Shown piece by piece: positions 1-13,308 of a DNA stretch of 64,000 nt. The DNA lies in contig NC_086097.1 of assembly GCF_963921235.1 (NCBI RefSeq), positions 161,822,001 through 161,886,000 of the forward strand, given 5' to 3'. The notes beneath the pieces were generated by a model, which had not been told where the DNA came from, made no database searches, and worked only from the letters and a program-made list of their open reading frames with translations. A program made the position numbers and the translations under genes. Source of the stretch: Mobula hypostoma. Lineage: Eukaryota. The first letter of the stretch is position 1; the number at the start of each line of letters is the position of its first letter.

Positions 1-514
1 CTTGCATACCTAATGCCTAGTTCAAGGGTGTGGAAGACTAGTGAGGTCAGTCCTCTATATCCAGTACTCATGACTGCGACTGTGCAGGAAAAGTGGGTAA
101 TGATTCTGAGCCGTTGCTCAGATCTAGCAAAATTCTTCTGTTCTGTAACTGTCTTTTCGCACAAATTTTGTGTGCTGCAATAATATCTTGCAAATGTGTT
201 GCTTGGATTTCCAGCATCTGCAGATTTTTTCTTGTTTGTGATATTTTCCTTGTTTTTTTTTATATAGATGTTTCCAATGAATATCACTAGATGGATGAGT
301 GTGTATTACTTAATCTTCTGATACAAGTCTTAGATTAGGTTACTGGGATTTTGATAAAAACCTATTGATCAGATGGTATAATTTGAGTTGTTGGCTTTCA
401 CTGTATTAACTTACTAAGTTTCTATTAACTTGAGGTTGTCCAAGCTATGATGAAGTCCCAGCTTTTTCCTCTTGCATTTTCCCATCATTCTTGTACTTTC
501 TAATCTAAAGTAAT

Positions 515-920
515 TCCTGGTTAAGTGATTTTAAATATTCTCACTCTCATTTTTGAATTCCTCATTGGCCGCCCCCTTCTCACCTTGGTAATCACCCCGG
601 CCCTAAAAATCTCTGCGATATCCATGTCTGTCTAATTCTGGCATCTGACTCATCATCCAGATTTAATTACCATGCCATGACAGCTGTGCCCTCATCTCCC
701 AAGGCAGTTAGCTCTGTAATTTTCTCCCTAAATTTCACTTCTCTTCTCAACCTTCTCCTTTTAAGATAGTTGCTAAAACTGAGCTCATTCAAGAAGGCTT
801 TGGTCTTCTGCCCGAACGTCTCTGTGGTTCAGTCAAATATTGCTTAATAATGCTTCTGCAAAGCACCTTGGGGCATTTTGTATACATCAAAGCTACAATG
901 ATAAATGATAATTGCAATGT
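515..920 (+). mobile_element. Old L2-like LINE 3' end
   Basis: Degenerate resemblance to vertebrate L2 3' ends (ttttaaatattctcactctc...aaagcaccttggggcattttg); boundaries approximate. Confidence 0.45.
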
Positions 921-1561
921 TGGAAACACTTTAAGTTGATTAATTAAGATGGTCATTTGTGAAGCATAAAGGTCCACCACTAAATGGAATATGTATTAGT
1001 TTAATGAATCTTCAAGTAAATAGGTAGTACTTGCTGGAACCAAACATTTTTAATATTGTGCAGCATAGCTGAGATCTACACAGCCTTAAGCTTGTATTAA
1101 TAATGAAAATTATATCTTGTTTTGATTTTCTGTCATCAAACATGTTTGTCACACCTGTCTGAAGAGTTAAAAGTCGTTTGAATTACAAAGGTAAGCTCAA
1201 TGAATTTAGAGCTCCATCTGAGTTTATTGACTTTTTAAAAAAAAACAAAAACTGAGTATAGTAGTTAAATACCTAGCATTCATTTAACTGTAGTTATATG
1301 TGAACTTGTATCGGTGGTTAACTGTATTTGTGAAGGATAAAGTGTTACAGTTACAGAAAAAGTGCAGGCAAGCAAACAATTTATATAGTAGATTGTGAGG
1401 TCAAGAGTTCTCATTAAACTCGGGGTTCATTCTGTAGTATTGCAACAGGATAGAAACTTTCCTTGAGCACAGTGGTTTGAATGTGCTTTAGGTTTTTGTA
1501 TATTCATGAGGGGGCTGGAATTATCAGGGTGGGTGGAGTCTTTAAATATGTTGTGTTATAT

Positions 1562-1960
1562 ACCACAGAAGACAGGATTTCTTGGTGGCCACCCATTTCA
1601 CTTCAACTTCCCGTTCCCATTCTGCCATGTCGGTTCATGGCCCCTTCTACAGCTACGATGAGTTGGAGGAGCAATACCTCCTATACTGTCTGGTTAGCCT
1701 CCAATCTGATGGCATGAGCATCAATTTCTCAAACTTCTGATTCCTCTCACATCCCTTCTCTTCTCATTTGCCCCTCATCTGCTCATCACTAGTGGTGCCC
1801 CTCCTCCTTGCCTTTCTTGCTCGGTCCACTCTTCTTCCCTATCAGATTCTTCCTCCTTCAGCACTTCTTCCACCTATCACCTCCATCCCTCACCCACCCA
1901 TCTTCTGCCTTACCTGGTTTCACCTATCACTTGCTGGCTTGTGCTCCTTCCCCTTGCCTT
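1562..1960 (+). mobile_element. Degraded Penelope-like element 3' fragment
   Basis: Similar to 37090-37500 (gccacccatttc..., ttggaggagcaatacctc, agcctccaatctgatggcatga) followed by a pyrimidine-rich tail. Confidence 0.7.
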
Positions 1961-2162
1961 AACATCGCCCTGTGCAAGATGAATGTCTTAGCCGCTAACT
2001 CACCTATTGATAAAGAAATTTAAATAAAGCTTGAAAAATTCATTTTCTTGCGGACATGCACAATAAATCCAAGAAACACAATAGAGTCAGTGAAAGACTG
2101 CACCCAACTGGATGGACAAGCAACCAGTCTGCAAAAGACAACAAACTGTGCAAACACAGGAG

Positions 2163-3265
2163 TGTGACGGGGTCCTGAATTACCCCTGTGAACTGTGCTT
2201 TTGAAAAGAGAGGGAGAGATGTTCAACACCAGACACCTTGTTAAAAAGAGAGAGAGAGGCGAAGATTGCTCAGTTTGTTTATACTTTCTGCAAGGACACT
2301 GGCAGCTTCTGAGTTCTTAGAGAGAAAGGAGGAGCTGCTTGATAGACAGCTAGTATTCAGCACGGTGAGATAAATAGAAGGTCAGCTGTTAAACCTGGAG
2401 ACACATAGTTCTGGACTCTGAATGAGCTTTGTTGTGCCCACAGAAAAGGTGGGTTTTGGAGGATCAATCAGGCGGATCGATCAGTGGCTCTCAAAAGGGT
2501 GTGACCGGTGGGGAGTTACTCGTGTGTCCAACCCTCACGTGGGTTGATAATTCCACAACAGAAGAACGGTCCCCTTTGTTGTGGTCACAGTCGGTGACTT
2601 CTAAAGGATTTCGGAGGACAACAGGAAGATCGATGGCATAAACCCACCTGAAGGCTCAAATCTCAATCTCCCTCTCTCCCCCCTCTCTCCCCCTCTCTCC
2701 CCCTCTCTCCCCCTCTCTCCCCCTCTCTCCCCCTCTCTCCCCCTCTCTCCCCCTCTCTCCCCCCTCTCTCCCCCCCCTCTCTCCCCCCTCTCTCCTCCCC
2801 CTCTCTCCCCCTCTCTCCCCCTCTCTCCTCCCCCTCTCTCCTCCCCCTCTCTCCTCCCCCTCTCTCCTCCCCCTCTCTCCTCCCCCTCTCTCCTCCCCCT
2901 CTCTCCTCCCCCTCTCTCCTCCCCCTCTCTCCTCCCCCTCTCTCCTCCCCCTCTCTCCTCCCCCTCTCTCCTCCCCCTCTCCCCCCTCTCCCCCTCCCTA
3001 TCATTACTCAACTCAATACCACGAACTGAACTGAATTTTACTCGTCATCGTAAGACTACCTATTTACCCCTAGACTTGAAGAAGCTTGGTTTTCATATAC
3101 TTCCACACTTATACGTATCTAATCATTGCTAACCTGTTCATATATCTGATTTTATATTACTGTATTGCATAGTTACTAATAAATACCATTAGTTAATAGC
3201 AATACTGGATTCCAAAGTGTTTTCCATATCTGCTGGATCTTTAACCCATCACGGGGTACGTGACA
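2163..3265 (+). mobile_element. Probable solo LTR containing a CT-rich microsatellite
   Basis: Starts TGTGACG, ends CGTGACA (TG...CA near-inverted termini), AATAAA near 3178, and splits the Rex-type 3' UTR. No clean TSD. Confidence 0.55.
2668..2998. repeat. (CTCTCTCCCC/CTCTCTCCTCCCC)n polypyrimidine tandem repeat
   Basis: Directly visible 10-13 nt units. Confidence 0.97.
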
Positions 3266-4760
3266 AAAGAAATACTACAATAAACATCGAGAACATGAGA
3301 TGAAGAATCCTTGAAAGTGAGTCCATAGGTTGTGGAAACGGTTCACTGATGGGTGAAGAAAGTTAACACCTCTGGTTCAAGAGCCTAATGATTGAGGGGT
3401 AATAACTGTTATTGAACCTGGTGGTGTGGGTCCTGAAGTTCCTGTACCACCTTCCTGATGGTAGCAGTGAGACAAGAATATGTCCTGGGTGATGGTGGTC
3501 ATTGACGATGGATGCTGCTTTCCAACAAAAGCGCTTTATGTGGATATGCTCAATGGTGGGAAGGGCTTTACCCATGATGGACAGGGCTGTATCCACTACT
3601 TTTTATAGGATTTTTTGTTGAAGGGAACTGGTGCTTTCATGCCCGGCTGTGATACAACCGGTCAGTATACTCCCCACCACACGTCTATAGAAGTTTATCA
3701 AAGTTTTAGATGTCATGCTTAATCTTTGCAAACTGAAGGAAGCAGAGGCACTCATGTACCACCTTTGTGATGGCACTTCCAGTTTGCGACCCAGGACAGA
3801 TCCTGTGAAATGATAACACCGAAGAAGTTGAAGTTATTGACCCTCTCCATCTCTGATCCCCTGATGAGGACTAGCTCATGGACCTTCGGTTGCCTCCTGA
3901 AATCAGTAATCAGCTCCTTGGTCTTCATTGCATTTCATGAATGGTTGTGGTGGCACCACTCAGCCAGATTTTCAATTTCTCACCCATATGCTGATTCATT
4001 ACCACCTTTGATTCAGCCAATGACAGTAGGATCATCAGCAAACTTAAATATGGCACTGGAGCTGTGCTTTGCCTCACGGTCATAAATATAAAGCAGATAG
4101 AGTAGGGGCTAACTACACAGCCTTGTGGTGCGCCTGTGCTGATGGAGATTGTGGCGGAGATGTTGCCAATCTAAACCGAGGTCTGCAAGTGAGGAAATCG
4201 AGGATCCAGTTGCATAAGGAAGTATTAATGACAAGGTCTTGATTGGTTTTGATTAGTTTATTGATTAATTTTGATGGGATGATGTTAATGAATGCTGAGC
4301 TGTAGTTAATAAAGAGTATCCTGATGTCTGCATCTTTGCTGTCCATATGTTCTAGGGTTGAGTGAAGAGCCAATAAAATGGTACCTACTGTGGGCCTGTT
4401 GAGACTATAGGCAAATTGGAGCAGATCCAAGTCACTTCTCAGGCAGGAATTGATATGTTTCAGAACCAACCTCTCAAAGCACTTAATCATAGCGGATCTA
4501 AGTTCTACTAGACAATAGTCTTTGAGGCAGGTTATCACATTCTTCTTGGGCACCTGTATAATTAAAGCTTGCTTGAAGCAGGTGTGTACCTCAGGCTGCT
4601 AAAGTGAGAGGTTAATGATCTCAGTGAACACTCTTGCCAGTTGATCAGCGCAGGTCTTTAGTTCTTGGCCCAGTACCCCATCTGTGTTGGCTGCTTTCTG
4701 TAGGTTCACCCTCCTGAAGAATGCTCTCACTTTAGCCTCAGAGACTGAAATCACAGGGTA

Positions 4761-6395
4761 AATAGACTATAGACAATAGGTGGAGGAGTAGGCCATTCGG
4801 CCCTTCGAGCCAGCACCGCCATTCACTGTGATCATGGCTGATCATCCACAATCAGTATCCGGTTCCTGCCTTATCCCCATAACCTTTGATTCCGCTATCT
4901 TTAAGAGCTCTATCCATCTCTTTCTTGAAAGCATCCAGAGACTTGGCCTCCACAGCCTTCTGGGGCAGAGCATTCCATATATCCACCACTCTCTGGGTGA
5001 AAAAGTTTTTCCTCAACTCCGTTCTAAATGGCTTACCCCTAATTCTTAAACTGTGGCCCCTGGTTCTGGACTCACCCATCAGCGGGAACATGCTTCCTGC
5101 CTCCAGCGTGTCCAATCTCTTAATAATCTTATATGTTTCAATAAGATCCCCTATCGGCCTTCTAAATTCCAGAGTATACAAGCCCAGTCGCTCCCGGGAA
5201 TTAACCTTGTGAACCTACACTGCACTCCCCCAATAGCAAAAATGTCTTTCCTCAAATTTGGAGACGAAAACTGCACACAGTACTCCAGGTGTGGTCTCAC
5301 CAGGGCCCTGTACAGCTGCAGAAGGACCTCTTTGCTCTTATACTCAATTCCCCTTGTTAGGAAGGCCAGCATGCCATTAGCTTTCTTCACTGCCTGCGGT
5401 ACCTGCATGCTTGCTTTCAGTGACAGATGTACAAGAACACCTAGATCTCATTGTGCTTCCCCTTTTCCTAACTTGACTCCATTTAGATAATAATCTGCCT
5501 TCCCGTTCTTACCACCAAAGTGGATAACCTCACATTTATCCACATTAAACTGCATCTGCCATGCATCTGCCCACTCATCCAGCCTGTCCAAGTCATCCTG
5601 CATTCTCATAACATCCTCCTCACATTTCACACTGCCACCCAGCTTTGTGTCATTGGCAAATTTGCTAATGTTACTTTTAATTCCCTCATCTAAATCATTA
5701 ATATATATTGCGGTCCCAGCACTGAACCCTGCGGTGCCCCACTGGTCACCACCTGCCATTCTGAAAGGGGGCCATTAATCGCGACTCTTTGTTTTCTGTC
5801 AGCCAGCCAATTTTCAATCCATGTCAGTACTCCACCCCCAATACCATGTGCCCTAATTTTGCCCACTAATCTCCTATGTGGGACTTTATCAAAGGCTTTC
5901 TGAAAGTCCAGGTACACTACATCCACTGGCTCTCCCTTGTCCATTTTCATAGTTACATCCTCAAAAAATTCCAGAAGATTAGTCAAACATGATTTCCCCT
6001 TCGTAAATCCATGCTGACTCGAACCTATCCTGTTACTGCTATCCAGATGTGTTGTAATTTCATCTTTTATAATTGACTCCAGCATCTTTCCCACCACCAA
6101 TGTCAGGCTAACCGGTCTATAATTCCCTGTTTTCTCTCTTCCTCCCTTCTTGAAGAGAGGGAAAACATTAGCCACCCTCCAATCTATAGAACATTGGAAA
6201 ATGATTACCAATGCGTCCACGATTTCTAAAGCCACCTCCTTAAGTACCCTGGGATGCAGGCCATCAGGTCCTGAGGACATATCAGCCTTCAGACCCAACA
6301 GCCTATCCAACACCATTTCCTGCCTAATATAAAGTTCCTTCAATTCATCCATTACCCTAGGTCCTTTGGCCACTATTACATCTGGGAGATTGTTT
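4761..6395 (-). mobile_element. 5'-truncated CR1 LINE (RT region and 3' UTR)
   Basis: ORF fragments with [63 protein letters not shown]1-type 3' tail. Confidence 0.92.
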
Positions 6396-6706
6396 AAGGG
6401 GTACTGGGGCCTGTGGAAGTTTGTGAAGGTTCCTCCATGTTTTGGTCAGAGCGAACACAGAAGGAATTGAGTTAATCTGGGAGTGAATACCTGTGTTGCT
6501 TGGTTTCACTTTGTAAGACGTAATAATATTCACGTCTTGCCACAGCTGCTGAGCATCCTTCAGTGATTCACGTGTGGTCCAGAACTGCCACATCGCACAT
6601 GAGATGGCTTTCGAAGGTTGTACCTGGACCTCTTGTACCTTGGTCAGCAGACGTGATTGCCAACGGTCTGACCCTCAGCAGATTGTGGGTTTCTCCCGCA
6701 GAGTCA

Positions 6707-9700
6707 CATCTGCCTGAAGTGCATGCAGCTGGGTGATCTGGAAGACCGTGTAAGGAATCTGGAGCAGCAGCTGGATGACTTTTGACTCGTAAGAGAGAAT
6801 GAGGCAGTCATAGATGACAGGTACAGGGAGGTAGTCACACCTAGGCTGCCGGAAGCAGGTCAGTGGGTGACAGTCAGAGGGGGGAAAGCGAAGGTGAGTA
6901 GACAGGTAGTGCAGAGCACCCCTGTAGCCATTCCCCTGAATAATAAGTTTACCATCCTGGACACTATTGGCGGGGACAACCGACCAGGTGTGAGCCACGG
7001 TGGCAGGGCCTCTGGCATTGAGTCTGACCCTGTGGTGCAGAAGGGTGGGATGGAGAAGTGGAGAGCTGTCGTCATTGGAGACTCTATAGTCAGGGGAGCA
7101 GACAGGAGATTTTGTGGACGTGAGAAGGACATCCACATGGTTTGTTGCCTCCTGGGTGCCAGGTCTCTGACCGGGTGCATGACATCCTGGTATGAGAGGG
7201 AAAGCAACCAGAAGTCGTGATACATGTTGGTACCAACGACATAGGAAGGAAGAGGGATGAGGTCCTGAAGTGTGAGTTTCAAGAACTAGGCAGAAGGCTG
7301 AAGAACAGGAACTCAAGGGTGGCATTCTCAGGATTGTTGCCAGTGCTATGTGATAGTGATGGTAAGAATTGGAGGAGATGGCAGTTGAATGCATGGCTGA
7401 GAAGTTGGTGCAGGGGGCAGGGTTTTAGATTTTTGGATCATTGGGATCTCTTCTGGGGAAGGTGGGACCTGTACAGATTGAATGGGTTGCACCTGCACTC
7501 AAGGGGGAGCAATATCCTTGCAGGTCGGTTTGCTAGCATGGGTCGGGAGGGTTTAAACTAATTTGCACGGGGGTGGAACCCAGAGTGATAGAACAATGAA
7601 AGAAGTGCAAGGAGTAGAGCCAGATCCAACACAGAGAGGGTTTGAGGAAAGAGAGGCAGAGTGAAGGGTGTAAAGGTGGTAAGGTAGAAGAGCTAAAGGG
7701 CGTATACTTCAATGCAAGAAGCATCAGGAACAAAGGTGATGAACTGAGAGCTTCGATACATACATGGAATTATGATGTAGTGACCATTACAGAGACTTGG
7801 CTTGCACCAGGGCCGGAATGGATTCTCAATATTCCTGGATTTCTGTGCTTTAAAAGGGATAGAGAGAGCGGAAAAAGGGGAGGAGGGGTGGCATTACTGA
7901 TCGGGGATACTATTACAGCTACAGAAAGGGTGGGTAATGTAGCAGGATCCTCTTTTGAGTCAGTATGGGTGGAAGTCAGGAGCAGGAAGGGAGCAGTTAC
8001 TCTATTGGGAGTATTCTGTAGGCCCCCTGGTAACAGCAGAGATACCGAGGAGCAGATTGGGAGGCAGATTTTGGAAAGGTGCAAAAATAACAGGGTTGTT
8101 AACATGGGTGACTTTAGCTTCCCTAATATTGATTGGTACTTGATTAGTTCCAAGGGTTTAGACAGGGCAGAGTTTGTTAAGTGTGTCCAGGACGGATTCC
8201 TGTCACAATATGTTGACAGGCCGACTAGGGGGAATGCCATACTAGATCTAGTATTAGGTAATGAACCGGGTCAGGTCACAGATCTGTCAGTGGGTGAGCA
8301 TCTGGGGGACAGTGACCACCGCTCCCTGGCTTTTAACATTATCATGGAAAAGGATAGAATCAGAGAGGACAGGAAAATTTGTAATTGGGAAAAGGCAAAT
8401 TATGAGGCTAGAGCTTGCGAGTGTGAATTGGGATGATGTTTTTGCAGGGAAATGTACTATGGACATCTGGTTGATGTTCAGGGATCTCATGCAAGATGTT
8501 AGGGATAAATTTGTCCCGGTGAGGAAAATAAAGAATGGTAGATTGAAGGAACCATGGGTGACAAGTGAGGTGGAAAATCTAGTCAGGTGGAAGAAGGCAG
8601 CATACTTGAGGTTTAGGAAGCAAGGATCAGATGGGTTTATTGAGGAATATCGGGTAACAAAAAAGGAGTTTAAGCGGCTGAGAAGACCAAGAAGGGGGCA
8701 TGAGAAGGCCTTGGCGAGTTGGGTAAAGGAAAACCCAAGGCATTTTTCAATTATGTGAACAACGGAAAGATGACAGGAGTGAAGGTAGGACTGATTAGAG
8801 ATAAAGGTGGGAAGATGTGCCTGGAGGCTGTGGAAGGGAGCGAGGTCTTCAATGAATACTTCTCTTCGGTATTCACCAATGAGAGGGAACTTGATGATGG
8901 TGAGGACAATATGAGTGAGGTTGATGTTCTGGAGCATGTTGATATTAAGGGAGAGGAGGTGTTGGAGTTGTTAAAATACATTAGGACAGTTAAGTCCCCG
9001 GGGCCTGATGGAATATTCCCCAGGCTGCTCCATGAGGCGAGGGAAGAGATTGCTGAGCCTCTGGCTAGGATCTTTATGTTCTCGTTGTCCACGGGAATGG
9101 TACTGGAGGATTAGAGGGAGGCCAATGTTGTCCCCTTGTTCAAAAAAGGTAGCAGGGATAGTCCGGGTAATTATAGACCAGTGAGCCTTACATCTGTGGT
9201 GGGAAAGCTGTTGGAAAAGATTCTTAGAGATAGGATCTCTGGGCATTTAGAGAATCATAGTCTGATCAGGGACAGTCAGCATAGCTTTGTGTAGGGCAGA
9301 TTGTGTCTAACAAGCCTGATAGAGTTCTTTGCGGAGGTGACCAGGCAGTGTAGTGAGGGTAGTGTAGTGGATGTGATCTATATGGATTTTAGGAAGGCAT
9401 TTGACAAGGTTCCACACAGTAGGCTTATTCAGAAAGTCAGAAGGCATGTGATCCAGGGAAGTTTGTCCAAGTGGATTCAGAATTGGCTTGCCTGCAGAAG
9501 GCAGAGGGTCGTGGTGGAGGGAGTACATTCGGATTGGAGGATTGTGACTAGTGGTGTCCCACAAGGATCTGTTCTGGGACCTCTACTTTTCGTGATTTTT
9601 ATTAACACCTGGATGTGGGGGTAGAAGGGTGGGTTGGCAAGTTTGCAGACGACACAAAGGTTGGTGGTGTTGTAGATAGTGTAGAAGATTGTCGAAGATT

Positions 9701-11448
9701 GCAGAGAGACATTAATAGGATGCAGAAGTGGGCTGAGAAGTGGCAGATGGAGTTCAACCTGGAGAAGTGTGAGGTGGTACACTTTGGAAGGACAAACTCC
9801 AAGGCAGAGTACAAAGTAAATGGCAGGATACTTGGTAGTGTGGAGGAGCAGAGGGATCTGGGGGTACGTGTCCACAGATCCCTGAAAGTTGCCTCACAGG
9901 TGGATAGAGTAGTTAAGAAAGCTTATGGGGTGTTAGCTTTCATAAGTCGAAGGATAGAGTTTAAGATTCGCGAGGTGATGATGCACCCTATAAAACTCTG
10001 GTTTGGCCACACTTGGAGTACAGTGTCCAGTTCTGTTCGCCTCACTATAGGAATGAATTGGAAGCGGTACAGAGGAGATTTACCAGGATGCTGCCTGGTT
10101 TAGAGAGTATGGATTATGATCAGAGATTAAGGGAGCTAGGGCTTTACTCTTTGGAGAGAAGGAGGATGAGAGGAGACATGATAAAGGTATACAAGATGTT
10201 AAGAGGAATAGATAGAGTGCTGATGACACAACAATTGTAGGCCGTATCTCAGGTAATGATGAGTTTGAGTACAGAGAGGAAATTAAGAACCTGGTGGCAT
10301 GGTGCGAAGACAATAACCTATCCCTCAACGTCAGCAAGACGAAGGAATAGGTTGTTGACTTCAGAAGAAGTAGCGGAATGCACGGCCCAACTTACATCGG
10401 TGGTGCGCAAGTGGAACAGGTCAAAAGCTTTAGGTTCCTCGGAGTCAATATCACAAATTACCTGACTTGGTCCAACCAAGCAGAGTTCACTGCCAAGAAG
10501 CCCACCGGCGCCTTTACTTCCTGAGAAAACTAAAGAAATATAGCCTGTCCCCTAAAACCCTCACTAATTTTTATAGATGCACCGTAGAAAGCATTCTTCC
10601 AGGGTGCATCACAACCTGGTATGGAAGTTGTCCTGTCCAAGGCCAAAAGAAGCTGCAGAAGATCGTGAACACGGTGCAGCACATCACACAAACCAATCTT
10701 CCGTCCGTGGACTCACTTTACACTGCACGCTGTCGGAGCAGTGCTGCCAGGATAATCAAGGACATGACCCACCCAGCCAACACAATTGTCATCCCTCTTC
10801 CCTCAGGGAGAAGGCTCAGGAGCTTGAAGACTCGTACGGCCAGATTTGGGAACAGCTTCTTTCCAACTGTGACAAAACTGCTGAACGGATCCTGACCCGT
10901 ATCTGGGCCATACACTCCAGATATCCGGACCTGTCTCTCGGTTTTTTGCACTACCTTACTTTCCAGTTTTCTATTTTCTGTTTATGATTTATGATTTAAA
11001 TTTTTAATATTTACTAATTTTTACTATTTTAAATATTTTTAATATTTAATATTTGTAATCCAGGGAGTGGGAAGCGCAGAATCAAATATCGCTGTGATGA
11101 TTGTATGTCCTAGTATCAATTGTTTGGCGACAATAAAGTATAAAGTGGATAGCCAGCGCCTCTTCCCCAGGGCACCACTGCTCAATACAAGAGGACATGG
11201 CTTTAAGGTAAGGGGTGGGAAGTTCAAGGGGGATATTAGAGGAAGATTTTTTACTCAGAGAGTGGTTGGTGTGTGGAATGTGCCTGAGTCGTGGTGGAAG
11301 CAGATACACTAGTGAAATTTAAGAGACAACTAGACAGGTATATGGAGGAATTTAAGGTGGGGGTTTATATGGGAGGCAGGGTTTGAGGGTCAGCACAGCA
11401 TTGTGGGCCGAAGGGCCTGTACTGTGCTGTACTATTCTATGTTCTATG
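6707..11448 (+). mobile_element. Near full-length CR1 LINE (ORF1 esterase, ORF2 APE-RT), disrupted by stops and frameshifts; contains a Rex insert
   Basis: GDSIVR/HVGTND/GLH SGNH motifs, YFNARSI-ETW-GDFSFP-SDH endonuclease, FADDTK; ends ttctatgttctatg. Same family as 49437-53516. Confidence 0.95.
10220..11143 (+). mobile_element. 5'-truncated Rex1-type LINE inserted into CR1
   Basis: Begins at the (A)DDTT codons; RLYFLRKLKK...PLPSGRRLRSLKTRTARFGNSFFP; AGTG repeated at both junctions; CR1 resumes at gatagccagcgcc. Confidence 0.88.
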
Positions 11449-11989
11449 GCTCATCCAGACAGTCTGGTTGGGGAAGACTTGAAATCAGTTTGTGGGACAC
11501 AGTTGTCTATGACTGGTTTTATAAAGTCCGTGACAACTGTGAGGTTGAAACATCAACCCTTTATTCCTTTCCATAGATGCTGCCTAACCTGCGAAGTTCC
11601 TCCAGCATTTTGTATGCATTATTCTGGATTTCTAGCATCTGCAAAATCTCTTGTGTTGATAATTTTATTGGTATTTTTAACTGATGTGGTCAATAAAGGA
11701 AGGTGAACAGTTAGGACATCTATATATATTTTGGTCTGGGTATTAGGCACATTATAAGGTATGATAATGTGTGAGGGGTTGTTGCTTGAATGGTGCCTGA
11801 GGAAGCTTTTCTCTTTGTAATTTATTTTTTATTGAAGTTCAGCATCAAACAAACATTTTCATAAGATGTATTTCAGATCTTGTACATATATATCATATAA
11901 TCATATTTGTCACAATTCTCCACATACTATTTATCTGAGGTATACACCTATAGAAAAGCGAGGAAAGAAAGAACAAGCAAAAGGAGCTG

Positions 11990-13308
11990 TATACATACAT
12001 CTATTGATGATTCTGGACACATCTTCAGTGATGTTCCTGGAATCATCGGGTGTTTCGGGTCTTTCAACAGCATACATCCTCCTCCAGGTGACCCAGCCAG
12101 GGCTGATCAGACCCCAGCTTGTGTCCAGATGGCTAGCTACTTATGACTCCATGGCTCCCCTCTTTTGAGCCACAGCCATCTTGAGGCCCTCTCTGCCGCA
12201 TCGGTAGTACTGCAGATGGCTCTCCTCTTCCTCTTTCCCTCGATGCCCAAAATGCTGAAGGCTCTAACTAAAGAATGGGTTACAAATCCCCTACAACCAC
12301 CCTCCACTGGGAGACACTTCGCTCTCCATCCAGCCTGCTGACAGTTGCTGACCAGTCCTGCGTACTTGGAGAGCTTCCTTTCAAAGGCCTCTTCCAAACT
12401 ATCTTCCCATGGGACTGTCAACTCCAGCAGCACCACTTGCTTAGTCGACTCAGACACTAGGACAATGTCTGGTCGCAGGGTGGTGGCTGCGATATGGTTG
12501 GGGAATTTCAGCTGCCCTTCGAGGTCCGCCAACAGCTGCCAGTCCCTTGCAGAGGTCAGGATGCCTGCAGATGTTCTTTTGGCGGGTATTGGCTGCTCCC
12601 CAGCGCTGACAAAGGCAATGGTCTGCTTGGAAGGTCAGGACCGCTTCATCCACTCAACTCCTGCGCTGACGGCTTCAGCGATGGTCTTCAGGACCTGATC
12701 ATGCCTCCACCTGTACCGTCCCTCACCAAGTGCCCTTGCACAGCCGCTGAGGATGTGCTCCAGGGTTCCTCGCTTGGAACACAGTGGGCACGCCGATGAC
12801 TCTGCCTTGCCCCATGTGTGCAGGTTTGATGGGCTTGGAAGCACATCGTACACTGCCTGGATGAGAAATTGGATGCGGTGTGGTTTGGCTTTCCAAAGAT
12901 CAGCCCAGGTCACTTTCCTCTCAACTGCATTCTCCCATCTTGTCCAAGCTCCCTGTTGCTTAATTCCCACCGCCTTGCAGGATCTCATCTCCTCCACTAC
13001 TGCTCTCACCTCCTCCTGAACTAGACGACGCCTTTCCTTCCCTCTGGTGTCCATTTTGGGAGTTGGAAAGGATTCTCGCCCAGCTCGGCCTTGTGTGACC
13101 ACTCCCACCAGCCTCCTGTGATGCATCCTCGCCTCTGCCTCCTGAACAGCTTCCTCTGCCCTCCACTTCCTGCCATTACTTACTTGGATCCCCGCTCCAG
13201 CCACCTTCTGGTCACTTGAGTCCCTATACTGTAGCACTTCTCTAGCTCTTGTCACCTTGAATTCTTCCTCCAGGGATTTGAATGGCAGTTGCAGTTTGTT
13301 GTGGTGTC
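11990..13308 (-). mobile_element. 5'-truncated RLE-type non-LTR retrotransposon (HERO/R4-like)
   Basis: CPLC..GTLEHILSGC zinc knuckle, RYRWRHD, and restriction-like endonuclease RPDIVLV...LLELTVPWE...ERKLSKY; frameshift near 12635; structured 3' UTR. Confidence 0.88.

Larger units (their letters stand above)
2030..4760 (-). mobile_element. Degraded Rex1/Babar-type LINE, interrupted by an LTR-like insert at 2163-3265
   Basis: ORF fragments 4113-4553 (DYCLVELRSAMIKCFERLV, LQFAY) and 3363-3596 (LLPSGRWYRNFRTHTTRFNNSYYP), typical of Rex1 RT and C-terminus. Confidence 0.8.

Noticed and set aside
2601..3011. Gly/Glu/Arg-rich ORFs
   Set aside because: Translation of a microsatellite.
6400..6700. 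Unassigned segment between two CR1 copies
   Set aside because: Could not be assigned; probably a decayed repeat, no convincing exon signals.
12045..12080. Hammerhead-like CUGUUGA...GAAAC in the RLE LINE 3' UTR
   Set aside because: Core A6 is missing and helices I and II cannot form locally; treated as a pseudoknot instead.
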